Program-made: the position numbers and the translations under genes
Notes under the pieces: generated by a model
The model's database searches: none
What the model was told of the DNA's origin: nothing
Seen by the model: only the letters and a program-made list of their open reading frames with translations
In this document: one piece after another, positions 25,778-38,089 of the stretch
Numbering within the stretch: the stretch's first letter is position 1
How the letters are laid out: every line of letters starts with the position of its first letter
NCBI GenBank assembly: GCA_016748015.1
Contig: JAAOMT010000376.1
Location: 1 to 64,000 of the forward strand
Reading direction: 5' to 3'
DNA: 64,000 nt
DNA from: Geosiphon pyriformis uo1
Taxonomy: Eukaryota; Fungi; Glomeromycota

Positions 25778-27193
25778 ATGGCACTTCTTGCCGACCTTAA
25801 ACTCATGGTGAATAATCCTAAATTTAGCGATCTCAAAATTAAATGTGGAAATTGGAATGAAGGTGACGAGATACTCTATGCATCTCGTCTTCACTTGGCA
25901 GCTCGATCTGAATTTTTTGAAAGAATGCTTTTTAATGGAATGCGTGAAACAACTTCCAACGAAATTACTTTTCCCAACTTGTCTACTTCGGCTTTGAAGT
26001 TAATTTTGGAATTTTTATATACTGATTCAATTGAGGTCAAGAACTTAACAGCCTCCAGCGCATTCGACACTTTTGTTGCAGCCAATTTTTTTCTCTTGCC
26101 AGAAATAGAAAAAATTGTTACACAATATGTGGAAATAGGCTTGAAAGCTGAAAGTGCAGTGGATTTAGCTTTAGAATTTTTCACTAGGGCAGTTGAGCAA
26201 GATTACTCAGAGGACGAAAATGAATTATATTTATTGGTATACAGGAAAGTTGCAGAAACGCCACTTGACACTATCCCATATAATAAAATGACTGGAAAAA
26301 TACTAGAGAAACTCCTTTCTGAAACTAAAAATCATATCATCAGTGAATATGATATCTTTCGTTATGTAATTTTATGGGGTGCGAACCAGGTATCAAAAGA
26401 ATCGTTTGCCTTCTACTCACAACTATTGCCGGTAATAGATGAAATAAAGATAAAGGAACTTCGCTTCAAAGAACTCCTAAGATTAGAGGAGGAAAACTCT
26501 AACCTTCACTCTACTCATAAATTAGTAGTACAAAAAGTATCAAGCATTCTCCCGTTCATTGATTTTCGACTTATTCCTATGAAGATTTTTGCTCTTATAA
26601 TCGATCCTCTTAACATTTTAGAATCAGACCAAGTTCTAAATTTATATCGATATTTTGCAATTATCGAAGGGAATCGAAAAATTGAATGGGATCCAAAAAT
26701 CGCTCCGCAAAATTTCAAACTGACTGAAAATTTCACGGTTGCAGAAACTAAATCAAATGAAAGCTCTTTAGATAAACGTTTGCTAGGAGCTCGATCTCTC
26801 AGAGCGAAGAATTCCATAAAGGGAACTGGATTCTTTGACTGGACTATTCTTATTGAAGAAAAAGACGCTACATTGTGGATTGGAGTTTGTGGGGCGGACG
26901 CTGATTGCAGCCGTTTCCTCGGACTTCAGCCAAATTGTTGGTTAATTGGATCAAATGGAAGTTATTTTAATAATTGTGTTGTTGGGAGGCAATTTGAGGT
27001 GATATTTAATAAAGGGGATCGAGTTACAATCCATCTCGACATAAGACAGCGAACCCTCGCTTTTTCTATTAATGAAGTCCGGTATCCTACCATATTCACA
27101 GATCTTGTCAGTGAACTTTACCCTGCGGTCTGTTTGACTATGAATGGACGTGTGCGCCTTTGCAATAATAGCCAACAAAGATATTCCTTTTGA
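25778..27193 (+). CDS. BTB/POZ-(BACK)-SPRY/B30.2 domain protein, single exon
   Basis: BTB motif FSDLKIKC...YASRLHLAARSEFFERMLFNGMRE...LILEFLYT; SEYDIFRYVILWG; SPRY-like WIGVCG...FNKGDRVTIHLDIRQRTLAFSIN...LYPAVCL; first ATG at 25778. Confidence 0.9.
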   Translation: MALLADLKLMVNNPKFSDLKIKCGNWNEGDEILYASRLHLAARSEFFERMLFNGMRETTSNEITFPNLSTSALKLILEFLYTDSIEVKNLTASSAFDTFVAANFFLLPEIEKIVTQYVEIGLKAESAVDLALEFFTRAVEQDYSEDENELYLLVYRKVAETPLDTIPYNKMTGKILEKLLSETKNHIISEYDIFRYVILWGANQVSKESFAFYSQLLPVIDEIKIKELRFKELLRLEEENSNLHSTHKLVVQKVSSILPFIDFRLIPMKIFALIIDPLNILESDQVLNLYRYFAIIEGNRKIEWDPKIAPQNFKLTENFTVAETKSNESSLDKRLLGARSLRAKNSIKGTGFFDWTILIEEKDATLWIGVCGADADCSRFLGLQPNCWLIGSNGSYFNNCVVGRQFEVIFNKGDRVTIHLDIRQRTLAFSINEVRYPTIFTDLVSELYPAVCLTMNGRVRLCNNSQQRYSF

Positions 27194-30100
27194 TCTTGGA
27201 AAAAAGCTATGAAATAAAGGGTGTGCAGCTCTTCTACAGAAAAAGCCGAGATATTTGAAAATGGAACTTTTAACGTAAATTCAAAAAATTAAACTTATTT
27301 TAAATTTACAAGATTCAAAAGAACCGCGTTAAGATTGCTAATATTTTTGAGCTTATTAATTTTGACCTAGAAACCGTTTCATATGCAAAAAAAACATTTG
27401 GAATCTGTCAAGTTTTTGAAAAATTATTAAAAAAAACTTTTAAAGATTTTAGGTCATATTATGAATTTAATCAAGAAAAATTCATTAAGCGAAAATATGT
27501 GGTAAATTATTTCATTTTTTTAGACAAAAATTTGAGAAAAGAAAAACTTCATTAAAATTATTTAATAAGTTAAACAACTATGTAAACCTTTAATAAATAA
27601 TTTCAAATTAACAGGTTAAATAGTTGAGTTTCTTGAATATTGCAATAAGGAAAAATTTATGTTATTATTATGAAATGCTTTCATTAATTATTAATAACAA
27701 CTAAATTTAATGTTTAAAAATACAAATTCAAATAGAATGTAAACATGCCTCGCTGAATACTATTTCTAATTATAATTAAAATGCAATTTGTTATCAAGTC
27801 CTGTTTATCAACTATCCTACATTTAATAAATTATTATTAGTGGTGTAATTATGTTTAGCAGATAATTTTTAACATATAACTAAAATTTTTAGCAATAAAT
27901 TTATTCAATTATTTGACACAAATAACTGCCTAAAGAATTATTGCAAAATTTGACTATTTCCAGAGTACTTCTAATAATTTCTGCTATTTCGTTAGAATTT
28001 TTCTAATAAACATTATTAAATTCTCAGTCTAATTATATGTCAAAGTTTACTTATAATAGAATTTTCAAAATTAATCACTTTTCTCATAACTAAATTTATA
28101 TTTTAAAACAAACAAACAAAAAACAAGATTTCAGTATTTTTATTGAATAAAGCAATAAATCTTACACAAAGCAGAAGCAAAAATCTGAATGTTTCCAAGT
28201 TTTTTAAAAAGTGTAAAATTTATCATTAATTTGATTTTTAAAAATTGTGCACATTGTTTATATATTATGTGTTTTTAAAAATAAAATAGCTACTTTAAAA
28301 AAGCTACTTTTCATAATTTGTAAAAATTAGAGATCATCTTTATTACAAAAATATTATTTGTCATGAATAAGGAAACATTGAGTTTCGATAAAAAGGACCG
28401 AAAATAACAAATGATTGACATTATTAAGTTTCTAATTTTGACTCGATTAATTTATTTAATTTCTCATATTTTTTCCATTTATTTTTTAATGTTCATTTTT
28501 TTAATTTGTATTTTTGGTTAATTTAACTTCATATTATATATAACTTTTTAAATTGAAAATTTGCTATGAATCAATATTAAATTTACATTTTTACACTATA
28601 TCTTTGCTCTCTATTATTATTTTCAATTATTATTTTTATCATTAGAGGTTTATAAGAAATCTGCAATTAATTTTTGAGTTCCATTTATCAATAATTGCAA
28701 AATTTTTACTTACTCCTCATTTTCAGTTTGTTCAAAATTCTATTATTATCAAAATTAACTTCAATTTGAACTTGCGAAAAATTCTCAGCAAATTGTTTAT
28801 TAAAGTTTTTCACTTTATTAGAATTACTTAATAAGGCTTGAGCTTTTTTGTATATTTATTTATCTATTTAAATATTTAAATCTTAAAGGTAGTGAGAATT
28901 TTATTATTTTTTTGCGAAATTCTTAACCAATTTAGATATTATTCAAGTTTTTGTATTGTTAAAATTGCAACCAAATTGGGTTTTGTCAATATTATCAGAA
29001 TTTTTATTTTTGTTATTATTTAAACAAACAACAAAGTTGTAGAATAGAATATTAATTGCTAATAAACAATATTTTATTTATACGTTTCAAAAAGTTTTTA
29101 TTTATATATGACTATTTATTAAACATATTTTTATGTACATCTTTTTTTTGCTTTGTACATAATTTACAAGAATTTAATATTAAAATTCTTAAATATACAT
29201 AAATTTTTAAATAATTAATAACTACTGGTTTAATTTTTTTGTTTCTAAAACATTAAATACAAATAAAATAACAAATTATAATTTGTTTTAATTTGATACT
29301 AATAATATTGTTACAATTAAATTTTTAATTTAAATTAATTTTTTTATATTTTATTTCTATTTTTAATTATTTAATTATGTATTAATTATTAATGTTACAT
29401 ATTTAAGCTACTTTATATTAAAAATTAGTTGTTGACTTTAATTATTGATTCAATTGATAAGCTAATATTTAATTAAACCATTGATTAATTTTTAGTTTAA
29501 TTATTTATTCTTTTAAAAGCTATAAAAAATATTAATTACAATTTGGTTAATAATATTTTTAACAGTTTTTTCTTTAAATTAAGTTAATTCAATAGTTTTT
29601 TCTTAAATTTGTATTTTTAACATTAGCTTAAAAATAAAAAAAACTTGTTTTATAATTTTATCAAATAAACAATTCTTAAAATAATTAATATTTATTATTA
29701 AATTCTAAAAGTTTCAATTGAAAATAGTATTATTATTGAATTTTTTTAGCTTTTAGTTTATTTAATTATTCAATTTTAATAAAATTATTAACTTAGTTAT
29801 TGATTTGGTTGTTAATTCAATCATTGATTTGTTTGTTAATTTCTCTTAAAAATTATATATACAAAGCTTTCCAAAGCTATTAAAAAGTATTAATTGTTTT
29901 TAATTTTTTATAATGATTCAAGTTTATTCTTTTTTTTTTATTTGTATATTGTTAACTTTTATAAATTATATTAAATAAATATTTACCAAAAAGTACAAAT
30001 AATATTTGTAAAAAAATGCCAATTTAAAACATTGTGTTATCTTTATTAATAATATAGATTATTTCTCTATTTTTATAAGACTAGCCTCATATATTAAATT

Positions 30101-30952
30101 TTTACAAATTCAATTCACTTTTTTAGTTGAATTTTCACTTTTGAACATTTTTTTATCACACAAAATTTGATTTTTTTTGCTATTCAATAGCATATTACTT
30201 TAATCTGTAACATAAAAGTAATGCTTTCTGTGAGATTGTTAAAATTCTAATTTATCTATTATTATATAGGCAATTATTCTTTTCTGCTACAAAAAAACAA
30301 GACTTTTTGTATTGCTTACAACCAAAACAATTTGATTATATTAAACTTAATTCTCAATATTAGTTTTTTATTTTAAATTATTTAAATTAAATAACTTTAT
30401 TTGTAAAAAAAAACATCTTTTATAGATATTTAATAATTCTTGTCTTCTTTTCCAGAAACTTTAATCTGGTTCTTATACAAAAAAGTAAAATAGAAGTTTT
30501 TCATATTTTAAAATTAAATTATGAATTAATTTTATTATCTAGTACATTAAAAAATTAATAAATAAACTACATTTATTAAAGTAAGTTCGAACCGTGTATT
30601 ATTTATCTTTTGTAATATTTTATATCTATAACTTATAATATCAAATTGAGAAAGACTATTTTAATCAAAATTATTCCTAAAAAGTTTTATGTAGTTTTTC
30701 TGAAAAAAGCAATAAGCATAAGCTTAACATTTTTTATTGATAAAAAGTGGGATTGATTGGCTGTTCCAAATCAAAAATATCTTTTTGGATGTATCCTTAT
30801 AAAAATTTATTTTCAAAAAGAAATTTAAGGGTCATTCTTCACCGTTTCAGTATCATTATAACGTGAGCATGTGTTTGAAGATCTATTTTCAGTCAAACAA
30901 CAAAAAAAATTTTCAATTGTACAAATTACATATGATGCATTATGCATCGAAT

Positions 30953-31934
30953 TTAATGCGATCCATTGGACCCTATAAATATGTTAGCGGGGTATTGCAC
31001 CGTATCCCTAGCTACTAAGCATCTGCAATCGGCGTCAGACTCGTAAAGGCAAGTTTGAATACTTGCATCCAATTGTAGACTTGCAGTTTCATATTCGTGA
31101 ATTTCAGCTCTAAGCTTTGCATTGGATGTTCGAAGTTCTTGGATTGTTTTTGAAAAATCGATATTAGGACTATAATGTGTAGTAGTGGAATAGTCACCTC
31201 TTGAGAAAAAAACAAGAGAAGAAGAAGAAGAAAATGTGACAGGTAAATTTTATTGTTTAATTTAAACTGAAAGCATTGAAATAGTGGAACCTTTTAATTT
31301 ACCTCCATCTCACGTGATTTTTTGAATTTTTTTCTATCAACCCAATTCCCTCCAATACATTTGTGATGTCATATATTCTTCGTTTCTGTACAGATAATTC
31401 ATTTGCGGCGATATTGAGATCCAAGTCACCATCCCTGGCTTCTTTTAGGAGGCCGACAAATTTCTTTGTTAGCAAAGCTAATGAGTTATCAAAACGACAC
31501 GAAGCATTTGCTGTAGTTGTCCCGTTTGGAGTCTCTATTTTAACGTAGATGAAGTAAAATTTCAAAAATAATTTCTGTTAGCAAAAAATTAAATATTCAG
31601 CTAATATGACCATTGTGCAAAAATATATAGAGGACCGAACGACAATAATTTTACCATCAATCGGTGAATCTGGAGATGATGATTTCTTGTTTAGAGTTCG
31701 ACGACGATTTGGACGCGTCGTTGAAGAAGGATTGTTGACTGAAGTCTCTTTTCGTCTTGTATTGAAAGTGGACAAACTTTCAATTTCTTCGTCACTTATA
31801 TCATTAGTACTATCTTTGCGCTTGATAGATTGCTTCAGAAGGGATAAATATTTCATTAATCGCCGATATTATTTTAAGTTTTGATGTTTTTTTTACAAGA
31901 AAAAAAGTTAAGTTTTTACCTTTTTTTGTTGCAT
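30953..31934 (-). CDS. E2F: E2F-family transcription factor (winged-helix DNA-binding domain + coiled coil), ~220 aa, 4 exons; 3' end uncertain
   Basis: [17 protein letters not shown]...[42 protein letters not shown] is the E2F DNA-binding signature; start exon ATG CAA CAA AAA AAG|GT at 31934; last exon ([15 protein letters not shown]) is heptad-like. Confidence 0.88.
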
Positions 31935-34900
31935 ATCTTGCTTGTTTGTAATAACTTTTGTGAATTTTTGAAAGAATGAAAAAGATTCAAGAAAGTAAAG
32001 GAAAGAGAAAATGATTAATTATCATGAAAAGTTTCAAGCGTCAAAAAAACTAACAACTTCCACGATATTTTGATTTTCATGTTTTATTTATGGATTTTTG
32101 TGGGGGGCTTGTGTAATACCATTGAGTGGCTGAAGTCTGACTGATAACAAACGGTTGCATTTTTCCTGAAGAATTTCACATTGATTATCACTTATATCAT
32201 ACCTCCATGACTTCTTGTTAATGGCGGCATTTTTAGCAGATAGACGAAAGAGTAAGGAAGAGAGAAAGGAAAAAAGAAAGAGTATAGAGAAGGGGGAGAA
32301 AGAGAGATAGGTAGAAAGTGGTCAAGGAAGAAATAGAGGGGAGTTGATATTTTGAGGTGATGACAAAAGCCTCGCGACCAGTATTTTATTTTTTAAGTGA
32401 AATAAATATGTAAACTGGCGCAAAAAATTTCCTTTTCGAAAATTTAACGACATAAAGAAAAGATGAGAAGTAAAAAGAGTGGTTATTTTTCTTTGAATTC
32501 AGAGAACCAGACCGAGAAGCAACGGAGCTAGGGAGGCCGATTATTAGCGCTTAGAATAACCATAGAAAAATGATAAATGAAAGGAACGATAATGAGGGAT
32601 GTTTGATTATGAAAGGACATGGGTAGCGTGTAATGACCAAATATTGACCGAATATAGGATGCACGATTTTTGACCCAGGGCTATTTTGGCAAGCAGAACG
32701 GCAAGAGATAATTCAAGTAAAAATGAAATTAGACTGTGGTTGAGGTATTCTTTCCTACCTCAAATTATATTATCAAATAACTTGTAATTTCCCCTATTAG
32801 CTCTTTCAAATGTAAAATTAATTTTTCAGAGAAAAAAGAAAACATCGGTGAAATGCGAACCCGAAATATTATCATAAAGTAATATACTAACCATATTCAG
32901 TTGAGATAGAAAAAAACCAAGTTTTTGCTCCAACAAACCGTAATAACTTCCTAATGGAAGATTCTTTAATTTTTGGGGGGGTATATTGAAATGAAGATAG
33001 TATGAAAGAAGTGATTGAAGGAATTCGATAAATTATTAAGGGAAATTTTTGATTTTCAGGGACTCAAAATTTATCCAATGACTTAGTATCTTCCTTTACT
33101 CTTCGGCTGATGTAAAAGTTAGTAGGTGAGAAATTTGAATTCAGCTGACAATAGCTAGTTTGATTAAATGACCATGATTCTCTTTTTTGATAATTACTGG
33201 ATTGAGAGATGATTTGCCAAGAAGTTTCTGCGTTTTTCTTGCTAAGCTTTACTTGTGCAAATATCTGCTAGTGAAGGACATGATTGTAAATCTTTTAAAT
33301 AAAACCGTTTTTAGAATTTCGTCGAATTCATGCGGTAGGAAGAAGCCAAAATAATATCAGTATATTGACTATCTATCTTAAAAATTTAATCTTATACAAA
33401 TTTAATCGTATCCCTGCCTGTTGCCCCTTTTACAATATTTCTCGATATAAATAAAACTGCTGCCCAATAATTTTTTCTGTCGGGATAATTTTTGTATTAT
33501 TCTTTAGGATTTTTTGTTTGAATTTTGAAAGTTTACATCAAAGAATGGAAAAGCGTTTGACATTGTTATTTACCGAAACGGGGTTTTAAGTAAAAAACTA
33601 AAAAAAATGGTTCAATTATAACTTTATTAATACGAGTTATTTTAGAATAAAGATTTTCTAAATTATGTGGTTTATAGCGTTGTAAACTTTTGAAGAGCTG
33701 GCATATTTTCTTTAGAAAAGATTGTCGTTTCCTTCTTACCTAGTTTAAATAAATGTTAGAAAATGCATAGAAATGCAGGTCGGCAAACGAGAGCAAAGAA
33801 AGAGGTCAGTGAGGTTTTTTGTCATGATTAAATCTGTTACCTAATCAGTGCATATATATATATATGTTGATTAGAATGATGCATGAATTTTAATAATAGA
33901 AAATATAAAAAAAAAACACGATTAAATTAAAGTAGAAAAGAAATTTATAGTAAGAAAAAAAATTTGGGATTGACTTCATTCTTTTTTAATAATGAAATAA
34001 AAATATTTCGAAAACTTGCTACATAATTATGGGAAAAGCTAATTAATTAATGAAAATACGATATAGGATATGATTAGCAAGAATCTTTAATTAAGAAAGG
34101 CATGACAAGTTTGAAATCTTTGAATTAATTTAAATTAAAAATTTCTAATTTTTGAATTGAAAGAAAAAAAAAAGGACAAGGAAGATTTGTAGATTTCATA
34201 AACTTAAAATTCCAAAGAAATGTGTAACTTGGGTAGGGGAAAAAGAAAAACCATTGATGATGCAATGATTCTATATTCCCATTGTTATAATCTGACCAAT
34301 TAAATAGTCTTTTAATGTTGAAACAATATTATAATCATTATTTGAATGATCGAGTTTTTCCATAATAACGCCAGTTATATTTCAAAGATTTCTAAATAAA
34401 GTTAGTCTAACATGTAGAAAGGTTTAGAATTTCTTTGAACGTCATAATCTTTGGATAGCGTCTAATTATTAAAAGCTCAATTGAATGCGATTGAAAATCT
34501 TTGATATGTTCGGGGATACTTGATTTGTTTGAAATCAAGATTTAATACCCGTTTTTCATTAAATTTATACTTTCTAAAGGTCAAAGAGTTTCCTTATTTT
34601 GGAAAATAAAATTGAAGAATCTAATCCACAATGACACTGTTTTTAAAGTAAATTATGATGAATCTTTAAATTCGGCTTTTAACCTTTTGAAATAATATCA
34701 AAAGCAGGTGAAGGTCACGAATTTCTTATGCAAAAAAAAAGTTCGCAAAAAATAGGGCGTACTGAGAAGAACAATGAGTGAAGCAGGCTTTGTAAAGAAG
34801 GAATTTAAAATGCGGTATTACATTTGCTGCATGATTACCAATGAATGGTAATAGCCTTTTCATCTGTGTATTTATGATTGTCAATTAACCTTGTGCATTG

Positions 34901-36616
34901 ATTGGGAATTTTTGAAACAATGACATTTAACCGGCATAGACTCTTTGTATTACCTTCCATATTATGATATCGCTTTCTTTTCTAATGCTACTATTTCTTA
35001 ATATACGATACTTTCGGTCATCGACACTTGAAGATTAAAAAAGCAATCTATTTCTTTTGCTTTTATCTAAAAATAAAATATTGATACTTTTATTTTATAT
35101 TAATAAGTAATTTTTTAAAGCATTTAGTTTTTTAATTTCATGGTTCAAAAAAAAAATTTATTTCAATGAAACCAAGCAAAATTTCAGAATATTTTATAGA
35201 ATGACTATATTGATAAATTTAGAAAAATTTTTTACTTTAAATAAAGTTTTTACCCAAGATGAAGGTACTACTAAAATTCGCATAAAATATTTATTTCAAG
35301 TTTTATTTTAAAATAGCTTAAATTAAATTTCAAAAAAATAAGAAGTTTTAGAAAAAAAACTCAGATTTGCGAAAGAAGAATTGTTTAAATTTTAGTTACG
35401 AGATGGCTGAGTCACAAGATCAGCCCTAAATTGGAATAATTTTCTTTTGTTTTTTAGAAACTTCTAAATTTCTTGGGGAGTGATCCCGAGAGAAAAAGAA
35501 TCAAAATTTTTTGTAAACTTGTATTCGGAAATTAATAAATTTTTTCCAAAAAAAACTTGTATAGGAAGATCTCCTTTGATACTGGGAAAGGCTAAAAAAG
35601 GGTTATTATTTTGAAACATTCATGCGTTTATGATAATCGTATAAAAAACTTTAGTTTAAAATTATTAATTTTTTCATGTACAATTTTTTACTGATTACAA
35701 CTTTGTTAATTAATATTTCTTAAACCATTTATTTCAAATTGTGTATATGTTTAATTTTAAATTTTAGATAATAAATAACGATTTAACTTTTAAAATCAAT
35801 GACATCTTTTACCCGAGAAACAAGAAAACTTGTACAAATTTCTTTTCTCTCCTCAAGAGATTAATTAAACAAATTTAAGAATTATATGCATTCAGAATCA
35901 TAGCATTTATCAATTAAAATTTATCAATCTTATTATAATAGAAGAATTCTAAACAATTCACATTATATTTAAACCGATTTCAAGAGTAGTTGCTAAAGCT
36001 TAGAGAAATTTTCTCACTTTTAATAACTAATCTCTAATAAATGTTTAATATTTGATTTCTTTACTAATATCAAATTGAATAAAATCTTTTATGAAAAAAA
36101 TACTTTTTTTTATGTATTTGGTAAAATTCTAGCCATTATAAATTATTCCTGAAAAAAATTTTTGTTCTATCCTCACTAAATTATTAAATTTTAAAATTGA
36201 TATGAAAACTATTTAATTTCCTAGCATTTAATGAAAAAAGATTATAAATTGAAAGGTTGAATAGGAATTATCAGTTTTTCCATTTTTAAAAAGTTCTACA
36301 ATTAAGAATGAATTTCTTGAATAATTTTGCTGACCATATCAAAAAAAGTTTTTTTTTTAAAAGTGTATTATCTGAAAAGCTATTTCGGTTTAGGCTTAAT
36401 AAATGAGAAATGACAAATATATTAAAACGTGAGGGTTTTTAAAATAAAGAATTCTGTAATTTCAAACACTTTAACAATCATTATTTGAAAAACAATAATA
36501 GTTTTGCGCTAGGCCAAACTTGTCAAGACCGAGGTTTATAAATAAGTCGGTTTAATCAATAGCTAAGAAATTGAATCTACCATAGTAGCCTTTCTGAGAA
36601 AGACTCTGGAAATTTA

Positions 36617-38089
36617 CTAAAAAAAGTTCTTACAATCACCCATCGTGAGCCCAAAATAGGGACCAAAATGATTATCCCTGCTGGAGTCTGTAATTGGTTG
36701 TCCAGCATTACATACCTAAATTTTTAATTTATATGAAGTTTAATTAAGTTCATCAATTTCGAAAGAAACAATTTAGTTTAGATAAAATTATTTCTTCACT
36801 AACTTTATTTTCCATCGCTAAATCATCACCAGGAATCCAGAACTTTTCTTGAATAAACTGTTGTAATTTAGCTAGCCTTTTCTCTTTATTTTCCTCCAAT
36901 TTTCTACAATCCCATAGAGCTTCATTTGTGTTTTGAGAACAATCACAATCATCTGGTCCAATCCATATTTCTCTTTCATGATGTTGCATTATTGTGCTCT
37001 GATTTTCAATTGGAGGAAAATGTGGAAAATAATCATCGTAACGAGTTATTCTTCTAACCTTTACTATTTCATTCATCATTCTAGCAAACATTATATTTCC
37101 GACTCTTGGTTGACCCAAAGTACCAATGGAAAAATCAACTGATCCGTCTAAGAGATTAATTGGGAATTTAACCATGCGGAGAAGATTGACTATTGCGTAT
37201 AATAGGCCTGTTATTGTGGCATAAGCTGTTTGTTTTTCCATTTTAAAGGAACAGAGTCCTAAAATTAGTAAACTAAGTATATAGTACCTTCCTTCCCCCT
37301 TAAAAGAACTAACCGCCTCCAACACCATGTCCAGAAAAAAGAATCTTCTTATATCCATTACGCACTATTGCGTTGTAGACTAGGGATAAAAGAGGATTCA
37401 ACATAGCTGAAGCATCATTAAACCATTCTTGATCCACTTTTACTAGTCTATTTTCCTTCATTCCTGTGACACTAAATGTTACAAGCTTATTTTTTCGAGC
37501 CTGCCATTGTGTTTTTGTGAAATCGGGGCCTTTAAAATACGCAATTATTGTTTTGGTTTGGGATTCTTCCATAATATCCGCTATTATATTCGTATAAATA
37601 AGGAGAAAATTTTTTCAAAAAATTAATTCGTTTAACACATGCCGAAATTAATTGATTGAATAATACCTAATTTCAAAAAATACCAGTAATTTTATTTTGT
37701 AAATTTATATGTTCCCCAATTAGATTACGAGGATTACAATAAGGAACATTAGAAGCCGTAGCTATCAAATTTAATTTCTCGATTTCATCGTAGTTGCTAA
37801 GGCCAATTATTAGTTTTTTAGGGTACCCTTCATTACTATCAACCGATCTTTTTGAAAAAAAATTAATGCTGTTATTTTCAAATTTTTTTATTGGAAGTGA
37901 GAATTGAGAAATTTCTTGAATTTCATCATAACTTTTTTGTTTTATGATTAAAAAATGGCGTGAAAAAGGATTTAGGTATTTGAGATAGTTGAAATGACAA
38001 AGACTTTTCGTCAGAAGAATTATATGAAATAAAAATATTAATAAAATGAAATATATTTTCTTCGATTTGAATAAAAAAAGCTGTTGCAT
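36617..38089 (-). CDS. Class-3 lipase-like protein, copy C (Ser->Gly); exons 38089-37684, 37580-37314, 37225-36804, 36715-36617
   Basis: LFSGHGVGGAYATITG, TLGQPRVGN, DDYFPHFPP, DNHFGPYFG; same intron positions as A and B. Confidence 0.9.
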
